From: Blastocatellia bacterium
GTDB lineage: Bacteria; Acidobacteriota; Blastocatellia; UBA7656
Assembly: GCA_049273855.1 (NCBI GenBank)
Contig: JBASRN010000022.1
Span: 10,907 to 74,906, forward strand
Direction: 5' to 3'
DNA length: 64,000 bases
In this document: one piece after another, positions 18,935 through 26,851 of the stretch
Layout of the letters: every line of letters starts with the position of its first letter
Numbering within the stretch: the stretch's first letter is position 1
Made by a program: the position numbers and the translations under genes
Notes under the pieces: generated by a model
What the model saw: the letters and a program-made list of their open reading frames with translations, nothing else
Database searches by the model: none
Told to the model about the DNA's origin: nothing

Positions 18935-19228
18935 ATGTTATCGGTCGGTCGCGAAATCAACATCGCAGCAAAGCGCTACATCTGCCACCAGTGCGCCTGG
19001 GAAGGCGGTGGCTCCGAACTCTCGACCGGTTTGGTCAGGATTAGCCAAAGCGATTTATATCTTTACGCATACCGATGTCCGGAGTGCGGCAGCAATTCCG
19101 TGGCCTTGAAGGGGAAGCTGCTGCCGTTCCGTTCGCGCGTCGCGTCTGCCTCGCGCGACCGCGTTGGACTACGCGAAGACCAGGCGACTCAGCCTGAAGT
19201 CAAAGCGGAGAAAACACATCGCTCATGA
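18935..19228 (+). CDS. Zinc-ribbon protein, translationally coupled to the downstream permease
   Basis: CHQC...(32 aa)...CPEC forms a four-Cys ribbon. The stop overlaps the permease ATG (ATGA at 19225-19228). The ORF track starts earlier, at the TTG at 18860. Confidence 0.55.
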   Translation: MLSVGREINIAAKRYICHQCAWEGGGSELSTGLVRISQSDLYLYAYRCPECGSNSVALKGKLLPFRSRVASASRDRVGLREDQATQPEVKAEKTHRS

Positions 19229-21636
19229 AAACAAAGGTATCCACGGCGGCTCCGAGCGCCGTTCAGAGTCAAACTCGAATCAGGGTTGTCGTCGCGACGA
19301 CCGTGATGCTTTCGTTTATTTCTTTCTGGCGCGCCGCGGCAATCGTGTTGAACGACCTCGGCTCGTCGGCTTTTTATGTCGGCGGTATCGCCGAGAAAGC
19401 CGTCGGCCCTGCCGCGCCGTGGTTCATTCTCGGAGTAATGCTCTTTTCCTATGCGGTGCGAGCCGTCTATGTCGAATCGTGCGCGATGTTCACACGCGGC
19501 GGCGTGTATCGTGTCGTCAAGGAAGCGATGGGCGGGAACCTTGCGAAGCTCTCCGTTTCGGCGCTGATGTTTGACTATATCTTGACCGGCCCGATCTCAG
19601 GAGTGTCGGCAGGTCAGTACATCGTCGGCCTTGCGGCACAGGCTTCAACCTATCTGGGGCGCCCGTGGAGCCCTGATCCCTCAACGGTAAACCTGATAGC
19701 CGCGGGGATCGCGGTTTTGATCACGATCTATTTCTGGCGGCGCAATACCAAAGGCCTTCACGAATCGTCGGGCGATGCGTTGAAGATCATGTATGTTACT
19801 ACCGCGATGGTAGTGATGCTGATCGTTTGGGCGGGCTTCACGATACTGACCCAGCCGGAAAAGCAGAGACTGCCGCCGTCGCCGTCGCCGCAGAATCTGG
19901 CATTCAATCACGATGCCGTCGGCTGGCTGCCCCAGATCGCGCCAAAGGCCTTTGAAGAACTCCCGACCGAGGCGGCGCCCGCGGATTCCGCTGCGCCGGA
20001 GCGGGCGGCGGTTGAACCGCGATACGGAATCATCCCAAACGCGGGAGCGTTGCTTGGGCTAATCGGAATTCTGATCGCCTTCGGTCATTCGTTCCTCGCC
20101 ATGTCAGGCGAAGAGTCGCTTGCCCAGGTGAACCGCGAGCTCGAATACCCCAAGCACAAAAACCTGATGCGAGCGGGGCTGGTGATCTTTGTGTACTCGC
20201 TGCTGTTTACGTCTCTGGTCTCATTTTTCGCCTACGCAATAATTCCGGACGGCGTGCGTCCTGTGTATTTGGATAACATGATAAGCGGCATTTCGGTCTA
20301 TCTGGTGGGGCCGATGCCGCTAAAGCTTTTGTTCCAGGCGTTCATCGTGATCGTGGGGTTTCTGATGCTAGCCGGCGCGATCAACACTTCGATCATCGGG
20401 TCTAACGGCGTGCTGAATCGCGTCTCGGAGGACGGTGTGCTAACCCCGTGGTTCCGCGCGCCGCACAAGAAATACGGCACCACGTTTCGAATGATCAACC
20501 TGATCGTGTTGCTGCAACTGGCGGCGATCGTGGCCTCGCGGGGGAACACCTATACTCTCGGCGAAGCGTACGCGTTTGGAGTCATCTGGTCGTTTGCCTT
20601 CAAAGCGCTGGCAGTGCTGGTGCTTCGCTTTAAGGACAAATCGCATCGCGAGTGGAAGGTCCCGCTTAACATCAACCTTGCCGGGAACGAGCTCCCAGTC
20701 GCGCTCGGAATAATCACCGTTCTGCTGTTCTCCGTAGCCGGCATCAATCTGGTCACCAAGGAAGTGGCTACCGTCGCGGGCGTGGCTTTCACGATCGTGT
20801 TCTTTTCGATCTTCACGATTTCTGAGCGCATCAACGAACGAAAGCTCGATCGCTCACTGTCGGCGCTCGATCAGTTCAAGCTGAGTTACGAGCAGGAGGT
20901 AAGTCTTGCAACCGTCCACGCGCGGCCGGGCAGCGTGCTTGTTGCCGTGCGAGACACCAACACGCTCTCCCATCTCGATCGTGCGCTGGCTGAGACCGAC
21001 GTCGAAGAACGGGACATCGTGGTGATGACGGTCAGGCTGATTCAAGGACCCGATGCCGGCGAGCGCGACTTGTATGACGCTACGGTGTTCACCGATTACG
21101 AGCAGCGGCTGTTTACAAAAGTCGTCGCACTCGCCGAAAAACACGGCAAACCGGTCAACCTTCTGGTCGTTCCATCAAACAACGTCTTCGATGCAGTAGC
21201 TCAGACCGTGCTGCTTTTGGACGCCGGCGAAATAGTCGCAGGGCTCTCGGCCAAGATATCGGCGCAGGAGCAATCGCGGCAGCTGGGCCGAGCGTGGGAA
21301 CGACTGCCGGAAATGCCTCGCCGGCAGGTGCGATTCAGGATTGCCGCACCCGGGAAGAGCGAGCAGATCTTCTACCTCGGTGCGCACGCGCCGCGTTTGA
21401 CCGACGAAGATCTCGATCTCCTTCACAGAATATGGCTCGAAGTCAGCAAGGTCCCAGCCCGTCGCAAGGTTCATCATCGCGACGTCGTGAGGGTGGCGCT
21501 CCAACGGCTCGAACGCGACCTGAGCGGCCAGACCGACGTGATGCTGGACTTTTACCGGATCGAGCATCGACCAACCGAACGGGAGGAAGCCGCGGTTTCG
21601 GAAGGTGCTCGCCCGGGTGGGGAGAAAAGAAAATAG
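19225..21636 (+). CDS. APC-superfamily permease with a long cytoplasmic Usp-like C-terminal domain
   Basis: About 12 TM helices occupy the first ~550 aa. A soluble tail of ~250 aa follows (VLVAVRDTNTLSHLDRAL...DIVVMTV...LLVVPSNNVFDAV). Confidence 0.8.
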   Translation: MKTKVSTAAPSAVQSQTRIRVVVATTVMLSFISFWRAAAIVLNDLGSSAFYVGGIAEKAVGPAAPWFILGVMLFSYAVRAVYVESCAMFTRGGVYRVVKEAMGGNLAKLSVSALMFDYILTGPISGVSAGQYIVGLAAQASTYLGRPWSPDPSTVNLIAAGIAVLITIYFWRRNTKGLHESSGDALKIMYVTTAMVVMLIVWAGFTILTQPEKQRLPPSPSPQNLAFNHDAVGWLPQIAPKAFEELPTEAAPADSAAPERAAVEPRYGIIPNAGALLGLIGILIAFGHSFLAMSGEESLAQVNRELEYPKHKNLMRAGLVIFVYSLLFTSLVSFFAYAIIPDGVRPVYLDNMISGISVYLVGPMPLKLLFQAFIVIVGFLMLAGAINTSIIGSNGVLNRVSEDGVLTPWFRAPHKKYGTTFRMINLIVLLQLAAIVASRGNTYTLGEAYAFGVIWSFAFKALAVLVLRFKDKSHREWKVPLNINLAGNELPVALGIITVLLFSVAGINLVTKEVATVAGVAFTIVFFSIFTISERINERKLDRSLSALDQFKLSYEQEVSLATVHARPGSVLVAVRDTNTLSHLDRALAETDVEERDIVVMTVRLIQGPDAGERDLYDATVFTDYEQRLFTKVVALAEKHGKPVNLLVVPSNNVFDAVAQTVLLLDAGEIVAGLSAKISAQEQSRQLGRAWERLPEMPRRQVRFRIAAPGKSEQIFYLGAHAPRLTDEDLDLLHRIWLEVSKVPARRKVHHRDVVRVALQRLERDLSGQTDVMLDFYRIEHRPTEREEAAVSEGARPGGEKRK

Positions 21637-21780
21637 TGGATTCTTGGCAAGGCAAGGAGCTGCACGGCTTTGCGCGCACCAAATGACCCCCCGCCCGCGG
21701 GCAACCGATTGACGCCTCAAAATCATCCTGCCTAAGAAGCTTCAACACGAACCACTTAATCAACACTCCGGAGGAGTCAA

Positions 21781-22155
21781 ATGCGAAGCAAGCTGGCAGG
21801 TCTCTTGCTTATTCTCTCACTGATGGTGCTGGCGCTGCCCGCGGCGGCGCTTGGCCAGGATAGAGAAGGGTACGGAGGGTACGTCAGACGCGATAAGAAT
21901 GGCGTCAGGGTCGGTGACGGTCGAATCACTCTGTTCGACGGCCCCGGCATCGTGAATTACCAGTACAGACAAAGATGGATGTCCGGTCCGGGCGGCGCAG
22001 CTACCGTGATTGGTATCGGCGCGGGAGCGGGCGCGGCGACGGGCGCCGTAGTCAAAGGCAAGAAGGGCGCTGTTGTGGGTGCCCTTGTCGGCGCGGGAGC
22101 CGCCACGGGCGTTTGGCTGTACAAGAATAGAACCATAAAACGCAGAATCTTCTGA
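21781..22155 (+). CDS. Small secreted protein with a C-terminal glycine-zipper
   Basis: Signal peptide LLLILSLMVLALPAAALG, GGAGGAG RBS, and GIGAGAGAATGAVVKGKKGAVVGALVGAGAATG. Confidence 0.65.
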   Translation: MRSKLAGLLLILSLMVLALPAAALGQDREGYGGYVRRDKNGVRVGDGRITLFDGPGIVNYQYRQRWMSGPGGAATVIGIGAGAGAATGAVVKGKKGAVVGALVGAGAATGVWLYKNRTIKRRIF

Positions 22156-22162
22156 TTTGGGG

Positions 22163-22183
22163 GCGGCGGTAAATCGCCGCTTT
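22163..22183 (+). terminator. Weak intrinsic terminator candidate
   Basis: gcggcg-gtaaat-cgccgc is a 6-bp GC stem followed by only TTT. It lies 8 nt after the stop at 22155. Confidence 0.35.
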
Positions 22184-22306
22184 CGGGCGCGGGCACTCTC
22201 TCTAAATTCGTCCGCGCTCATTCTGCAGGCTCGGCGGTGTTTGGGCATCGCCGGGCCGTCTGTTTTTGACCGACCCGCCAAACCCGTCTCAACGCCTTAA
22301 GTGCCA

Positions 22307-23245
22307 TCAGTCAGTCAGAATGTTCTTGTAGACCTGTGTATCCACGTTGCCGCCGCTCACGACGCAGCACACCGAGCGGCCGCGATAGCGATCTGGGTCG
22401 GTCAAAAGCGCACCGATCGCGAGTGCGCCCGTCGGCTCGGCTTTCAGGTTCGCAAGCGAGAACATCAGCCGCACCGCTTCTTTGATGTTCTCTTCGGGCA
22501 CTTCGACGATTCCGCCTAATCCATCCTTCAAAATCGCCCAGTTGTGCTGTCCCACGCTGAGAGTGCGCGCCCCGTCGGCGATTGTTTGGGGTTCAGCCTC
22601 GTTAGTAACGATGTGCCCCGCTCGAAGCGAACGCGCCGCATCGTTAGCCAGCAGCGGCTCCGCCCCGACGACTTGAATGTCTCGGCGTGAGGCGCGGATG
22701 CCGGTGATGAGTCCCGATGTGAGCCCGCCGCCTCCGACTGGCGCGACGACTACGTCGAACACGCGGCCGAGCGCGGCGATTTCTTCTCCAAGACTCGCAT
22801 TACCCCCGATTACCAACTCATCGTCGAACGCGCTTGCAACGAAAGCGTCGGGACTGGCAGCCGCAAGCTCAGCGACGCGGGCTGCCCGGCTCGTTTGAGC
22901 CACGTCGATCAAGTCGACCTCGCCGCCGTACTCACGCACCGCGTCGATCTTCACTTGAGCGGAAGTCGCGGGCATCACGATGGTGCAGGACTTGCCTAGC
23001 AAAGAGCATGCATAGGCCATCGCTTGGCCGAAGTTCCCGGAGGAAGCCGCGATGATCTTGTTTTCCTGGACCTGCGAAGCGACGTTGTAAGCCGCCCTGA
23101 ACTTGAAGCTGCCGGTGTGCTGAAAGGTCTCGCTGGCAATGGTGAGGGACGCACCCAGAAGCTTCGCTAACCGCGGAGCTTCGATGATCGTCGTCGGTCT
23201 TATCACTTCTCGAAGAGGTGGCGCGGATCGTCGAGGTTGTTCCAT
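22307..23245 (-). CDS. PLP-dependent serine/threonine dehydratase family enzyme (tryptophan-synthase-beta fold)
   Basis: ETFQHTGSFKFRAAYN carries the PLP lysine, and the APVGGGGLTSG glycine loop is present. At ~312 aa it has no ACT regulatory domain. Confidence 0.85.
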   Translation of the reverse strand: MEQPRRSAPPLREVIRPTTIIEAPRLAKLLGASLTIASETFQHTGSFKFRAAYNVASQVQENKIIAASSGNFGQAMAYACSLLGKSCTIVMPATSAQVKIDAVREYGGEVDLIDVAQTSRAARVAELAAASPDAFVASAFDDELVIGGNASLGEEIAALGRVFDVVVAPVGGGGLTSGLITGIRASRRDIQVVGAEPLLANDAARSLRAGHIVTNEAEPQTIADGARTLSVGQHNWAILKDGLGGIVEVPEENIKEAVRLMFSLANLKAEPTGALAIGALLTDPDRYRGRSVCCVVSGGNVDTQVYKNILTD

Positions 23246-23265
23246 ATGTCAAGATCCCTCTGTTT

Positions 23266-23337
23266 GCCACGAGGACACAAAGGCACCAAGGAAACACCAA
23301 GACTTCGTGCTGCTTTGAGCCTTAGTGCCTTCGTGGC
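23266..23337. repeat. Imperfect hairpin built from CACRAAG/CCAAGG words
   Basis: The arms are gccacga...aggcaccaagg and ccttagtgcct...tcgtggc. The words cacaaag, caccaag and cttcgtg recur. Related word-rich segments lie at 7808-7840, 26741-26816 and 60986-61056. Confidence 0.6.
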
Positions 23338-23356
23338 GGGTACCTTTCGAAGGTCG

Positions 23357-24919
23357 TTAGTGGACGCGCTTATCGTAACCCGACCAGTATTTCTCGCGGA
23401 GTTCCTTCTTCAATATCTTTCCGGTTCCGCCCTTGGGAAGCTCGGCGAAGAACTCGATCGACTTGGGAACCTTAAATCCGGGTAGTTTTGTCCGGCAATG
23501 ATCGATGATGTCTTTCCCAGTCGCGGTCTCGCCGGGCTTTAGCACCACCAGCGCCATTGGTACTTCGCCCCACCGCTCGTCGGGCACGGCAATCACCGCG
23601 CACTCAAGCACCGCCGGGTGTGAGAAGACGGCTTTCTCGACTTCAATAGAAGCGATGTTCTCGCCGCCTGAGATGATAATGTCCTTCGTGCGATCGACGA
23701 TCAGCAGGTAACCCTCTTCGTCGATCACACCCATATCACCGGTGTGAAGCCAGCCGCCACGCATTACGTTGGCCGTGTCCTCGGGCTGCTTCCAGTAGCC
23801 GTGCATCACATTATCGGCTCGCACGACCACTTCACCGACGCTCACTCCATCGTGGGGAACGGGCCTCTCGTCTGTGTCAAAGATGTCCAGTTCGACACCG
23901 GGCATGGGGTAGCCGGCCATCGCTTGCCGCCTCCAGCGTTCTTCGTCGGGAAGGCCTTCCAGATGGTTCTTTATGAAGGATTGACTGAGAACGGGTGTGG
24001 TTTCAGTGAGACCATAGCCGCCGTAGCAACGGCAACCGAGCGCGCGCTCGACATCGCGCATCAGCTCCATCGCGGAAGCCGCGCCGCCGATCGCCACGTA
24101 GTCAAGACTCGACAAGTCAAACTCCTTGATCTTCGGATGATGAATCAACGCGGTCGCCATGGTCGGCACCATCGCGAAATTCGTCACTCGCTCGCGCTGT
24201 ATCAGCTCGAGCACCTCGGTCGGGTCGAACCTCCTGGTCATCACGTGGCGCGCGCCCATACACGTCAGGGTGTGCGGAGTGCCCCAGCCATTCACATGAA
24301 ACAACGGAATGGTGTGAAGCTGGACGATTGATTCTTTGACTCCCAATCCTCCGATGACCTGCATCGCGTGCATATAGAGATTCCGATGAGTCATCATCAC
24401 GCCTTTCGGGTTCGCGGTCGTTCCCGAGGTGTAAAACAGCTCCGCCAGGTCATCGTCCTGGATATCGGAGGGAGGCGCGAAACTGGCTTCGGCAGCCGCA
24501 AGAAGCGGTTCGTACTGGCTCTCGATTGCGATGTAGTGTCTTACGGTTGCGCACTGCGGGCGCAGTGCGTCTACCAGCGGTTGAAAGTCAGCGTTGTAGA
24601 AGACTGCGACTGATTCCGAGTTGTTAAGAATGTAGGCGATCTCTCCAGGCGTCAGCCTGATGTTCAACGGAAGGAGCACCGAGCCCATCTGCACGACGCC
24701 GTAGTAGGCTTCGAGCAGTTCGTGCGAGTTATAACCGAGCCACGCGACTCGCTCGCCGCGCGCGATGCCCAGACCGATCAGCGCGTTGGTCAGGCGATCG
24801 CAGCGCTCGCCGTACTCACGGTAAGTGAAGCGCTTGTCTCCGTCGACTATGCCCAGCTTGTTGGGAAATTGCGAGACAGCGCGTTGTTTGAATCTGATGG
24901 GTGTAAGAGTTCGATTCAT
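23357..24919 (-). CDS. Acyl-CoA synthetase / AMP-dependent ligase
   Basis: YTSGTTANPKGV AMP-binding motif, GYGLTET, TGDMG, and a C-terminal GKILKKELRE. Confidence 0.9.
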   Translation of the reverse strand: MNRTLTPIRFKQRAVSQFPNKLGIVDGDKRFTYREYGERCDRLTNALIGLGIARGERVAWLGYNSHELLEAYYGVVQMGSVLLPLNIRLTPGEIAYILNNSESVAVFYNADFQPLVDALRPQCATVRHYIAIESQYEPLLAAAEASFAPPSDIQDDDLAELFYTSGTTANPKGVMMTHRNLYMHAMQVIGGLGVKESIVQLHTIPLFHVNGWGTPHTLTCMGARHVMTRRFDPTEVLELIQRERVTNFAMVPTMATALIHHPKIKEFDLSSLDYVAIGGAASAMELMRDVERALGCRCYGGYGLTETTPVLSQSFIKNHLEGLPDEERWRRQAMAGYPMPGVELDIFDTDERPVPHDGVSVGEVVVRADNVMHGYWKQPEDTANVMRGGWLHTGDMGVIDEEGYLLIVDRTKDIIISGGENIASIEVEKAVFSHPAVLECAVIAVPDERWGEVPMALVVLKPGETATGKDIIDHCRTKLPGFKVPKSIEFFAELPKGGTGKILKKELREKYWSGYDKRVH

Positions 24920-24937
24920 TTATTCCTGCAAGCCGCC

Positions 24938-25001
24938 GATGAACGCAGATGACGCGGATGGGAGAAGCCGCTTTTCCTATCTGTGTTCATTTGTGTTCAT
25001 C
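24938..25001. repeat. Inverted repeat of GATGAACRC words
   Basis: 24938-24961 pairs with 24977-25001. That gives 19 Watson-Crick pairs, 5 G:T pairs and 1 bulge when read on the + strand. Confidence 0.8.
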
Positions 25002-25025
25002 CGTGGTTCCTTTCTGTTCGTGAAT

Positions 25026-26585
25026 TTAACTGATGAGCCGCGACCGACCCTGCCAGTATTTCTCGCGCAATTGCTTCTTCAATATCTTTCCGGTGCCACC
25101 CTTCGGCAACTCGCCGTCGATGATCTCCACCGAACGCGGCACTTTGTAGTTTGCCAGCCGCTCGCGGCAAAACTCAATGAGGTGTTCGGGCTCGACGCGC
25201 TCACCGTCGCACAAAGTCACGCAGGCGTGAACTGCCTCACCCCAGTCGGCATCAGGCACCGGGATCACCGCCGCTTCCTTGATCGCCGGGTGCGCGTAGA
25301 GGACGGCTTCGACTTCTGTCGAGTAGACGTTCTCACCCCCGGTCACGATCATGTCTTTTTTGCGATCGACCAGGTAAAGGTAGCCCTCTTCATCGACGGT
25401 CGCCAGATCGCCCGTGCGAAGCCATCCATCGATAAGGGCCAGCTCCGTGTCGGCGGGCCGCTTCCAGTAGCCCGCCATGATGTTCGGCCCGCGCGCGATG
25501 ATCTCGCCCACGTCGCCCGGTTTCACATCGTTGCCGTCGGGATCGACCACTCGCACGTCAACGCCCGGCACCGGTTTGCCGCATGAAGCGAGCCTCCGTT
25601 CGGCGTTCTCATCGGTCCTCGCATGATCTTCGGCGGACAGCACGGTCAGAAGAGGCGACGCTTCGGTCAGCCCGTAGCCCTGTCCGAATTGGCAGCCGAA
25701 CACTTTCATCGCTCGCCTCAGCACTTCGGGCGCGATAGGCGATGCTCCGTAGGTGATGTGCCGCAACGATGACAGGTCGTATGAATCGAGGCCCGGCTCC
25801 TGGAGCAGGAAGTTGATCATCGTCGGAACAAACAACGCCAGCGAGATTCGCTCTCGTGCAATCGTTTCAAGGACGTGCTTCGGGTCGAATCGTGGGATGA
25901 ACGCCTGAGTCGCGCCGCGCGCGGTGTTCGAGAAGACCGCTGCCCCATCTGCAAGGTGAAACATCGGCGCGGAGTGCAGGTAAATGTCCGAAGGAAGATA
26001 TTGATAGACGCCTTCCGAATGGGCCATGTTCGAAAGCATGTTAAGGTGCGTGAGCATCACACCCTTCGGCTCGCCGGTCGTGCCCGAAGTGTAGAACAAC
26101 CCGAGCAATTCCTTGTCGTCGATCTTCGGCGCGTCAACAAGAGGAGGGCTACTGGCGATCAGTTCTTCATAAGCGACAAAGCCCGGGGCGGGATGATCGG
26201 CGATTGAGATAAACTGCTCGACCGTTTCAAGCTGCGAGCGAACCGCTTCAAGCGCCGGCGTGAGCGCGGCGTCAACTGCAATCGCGCGCGAACCGGAGTG
26301 GTCGAGGATGTACTTGATCTCCCTGGGAGGAATGCGGAAGTTGATTGGGACCGCGACGGCGCCGATCTGCGCGATGCCGTAATACAGCTCGAAGAACCGA
26401 TGACAGTTGAGCGCCAGGACCGCGACCCGATCGCCCCGCTCGATTCCTAGTCCGAGTAACGCCGTTGAAAGCCGATCGACTCGTTCGTTGAGTTCGCTGA
26501 AGGTATACCGTGTGCTTCCGCAGATCGCCGCCGTCTTGCTAGGGCTGGAAGCCACGGACTTCTTGAGCCCGTCAACGATGCTCAT
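25026..26585 (-). CDS. Acyl-CoA synthetase / AMP-dependent ligase (tandem paralog)
   Basis: YTSGTTGEPKGV, GYGLTEA, TGDLA, and a C-terminal GKILKKQLRE. The start is taken at MSIVDGLKK (26585) rather than the upstream extension to 26771. Confidence 0.88.
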   Translation of the reverse strand: MSIVDGLKKSVASSPSKTAAICGSTRYTFSELNERVDRLSTALLGLGIERGDRVAVLALNCHRFFELYYGIAQIGAVAVPINFRIPPREIKYILDHSGSRAIAVDAALTPALEAVRSQLETVEQFISIADHPAPGFVAYEELIASSPPLVDAPKIDDKELLGLFYTSGTTGEPKGVMLTHLNMLSNMAHSEGVYQYLPSDIYLHSAPMFHLADGAAVFSNTARGATQAFIPRFDPKHVLETIARERISLALFVPTMINFLLQEPGLDSYDLSSLRHITYGASPIAPEVLRRAMKVFGCQFGQGYGLTEASPLLTVLSAEDHARTDENAERRLASCGKPVPGVDVRVVDPDGNDVKPGDVGEIIARGPNIMAGYWKRPADTELALIDGWLRTGDLATVDEEGYLYLVDRKKDMIVTGGENVYSTEVEAVLYAHPAIKEAAVIPVPDADWGEAVHACVTLCDGERVEPEHLIEFCRERLANYKVPRSVEIIDGELPKGGTGKILKKQLREKYWQGRSRLIS

Positions 26586-26740
26586 CGGGGACCCCGCTAG
26601 ATTGTCGTTTGAATCGCTCAAAGCCGCGCTCACTGGCCTCGAGTGCAGGCAACCATCGCACAACTGGAGTTGGCTTGTAAAGCCCGCCAATGCTCGGGTA
26701 GTGGGGTAATAATGTGTTGATGCCTGGTGCCGCCGCTCCT

Positions 26741-26816
26741 GCCACGAAGACACTGAGACACAAAGCCGCACAAAGAAAAGCTTTGTGAAGCTTCGTGTCG
26801 TTGGTGACTTAGTGGC
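26741..26816. repeat. Long imperfect hairpin of CACGAAG/CACAAAG words in a divergent intergenic region
   Basis: gccacgaagacactgagacacaaagccgcacaaag - aaaag - ctttgtgaagcttcgtgtcgttggtgacttagtggc. About 26 of 35 positions pair. Confidence 0.7.
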
Positions 26817-26851
26817 GAGACTCTTCTCAACACGCTATTGCACCACTACCA

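Noticed and set aside
24825-25586. A 253-aa plus-strand ORF that spans the ligase-ligase spacer.
   Set aside because: It runs antisense to ligase 2, and its N-terminal part is simply the translated GATGAAC repeat element (MNADDADG...). It is not a gene.
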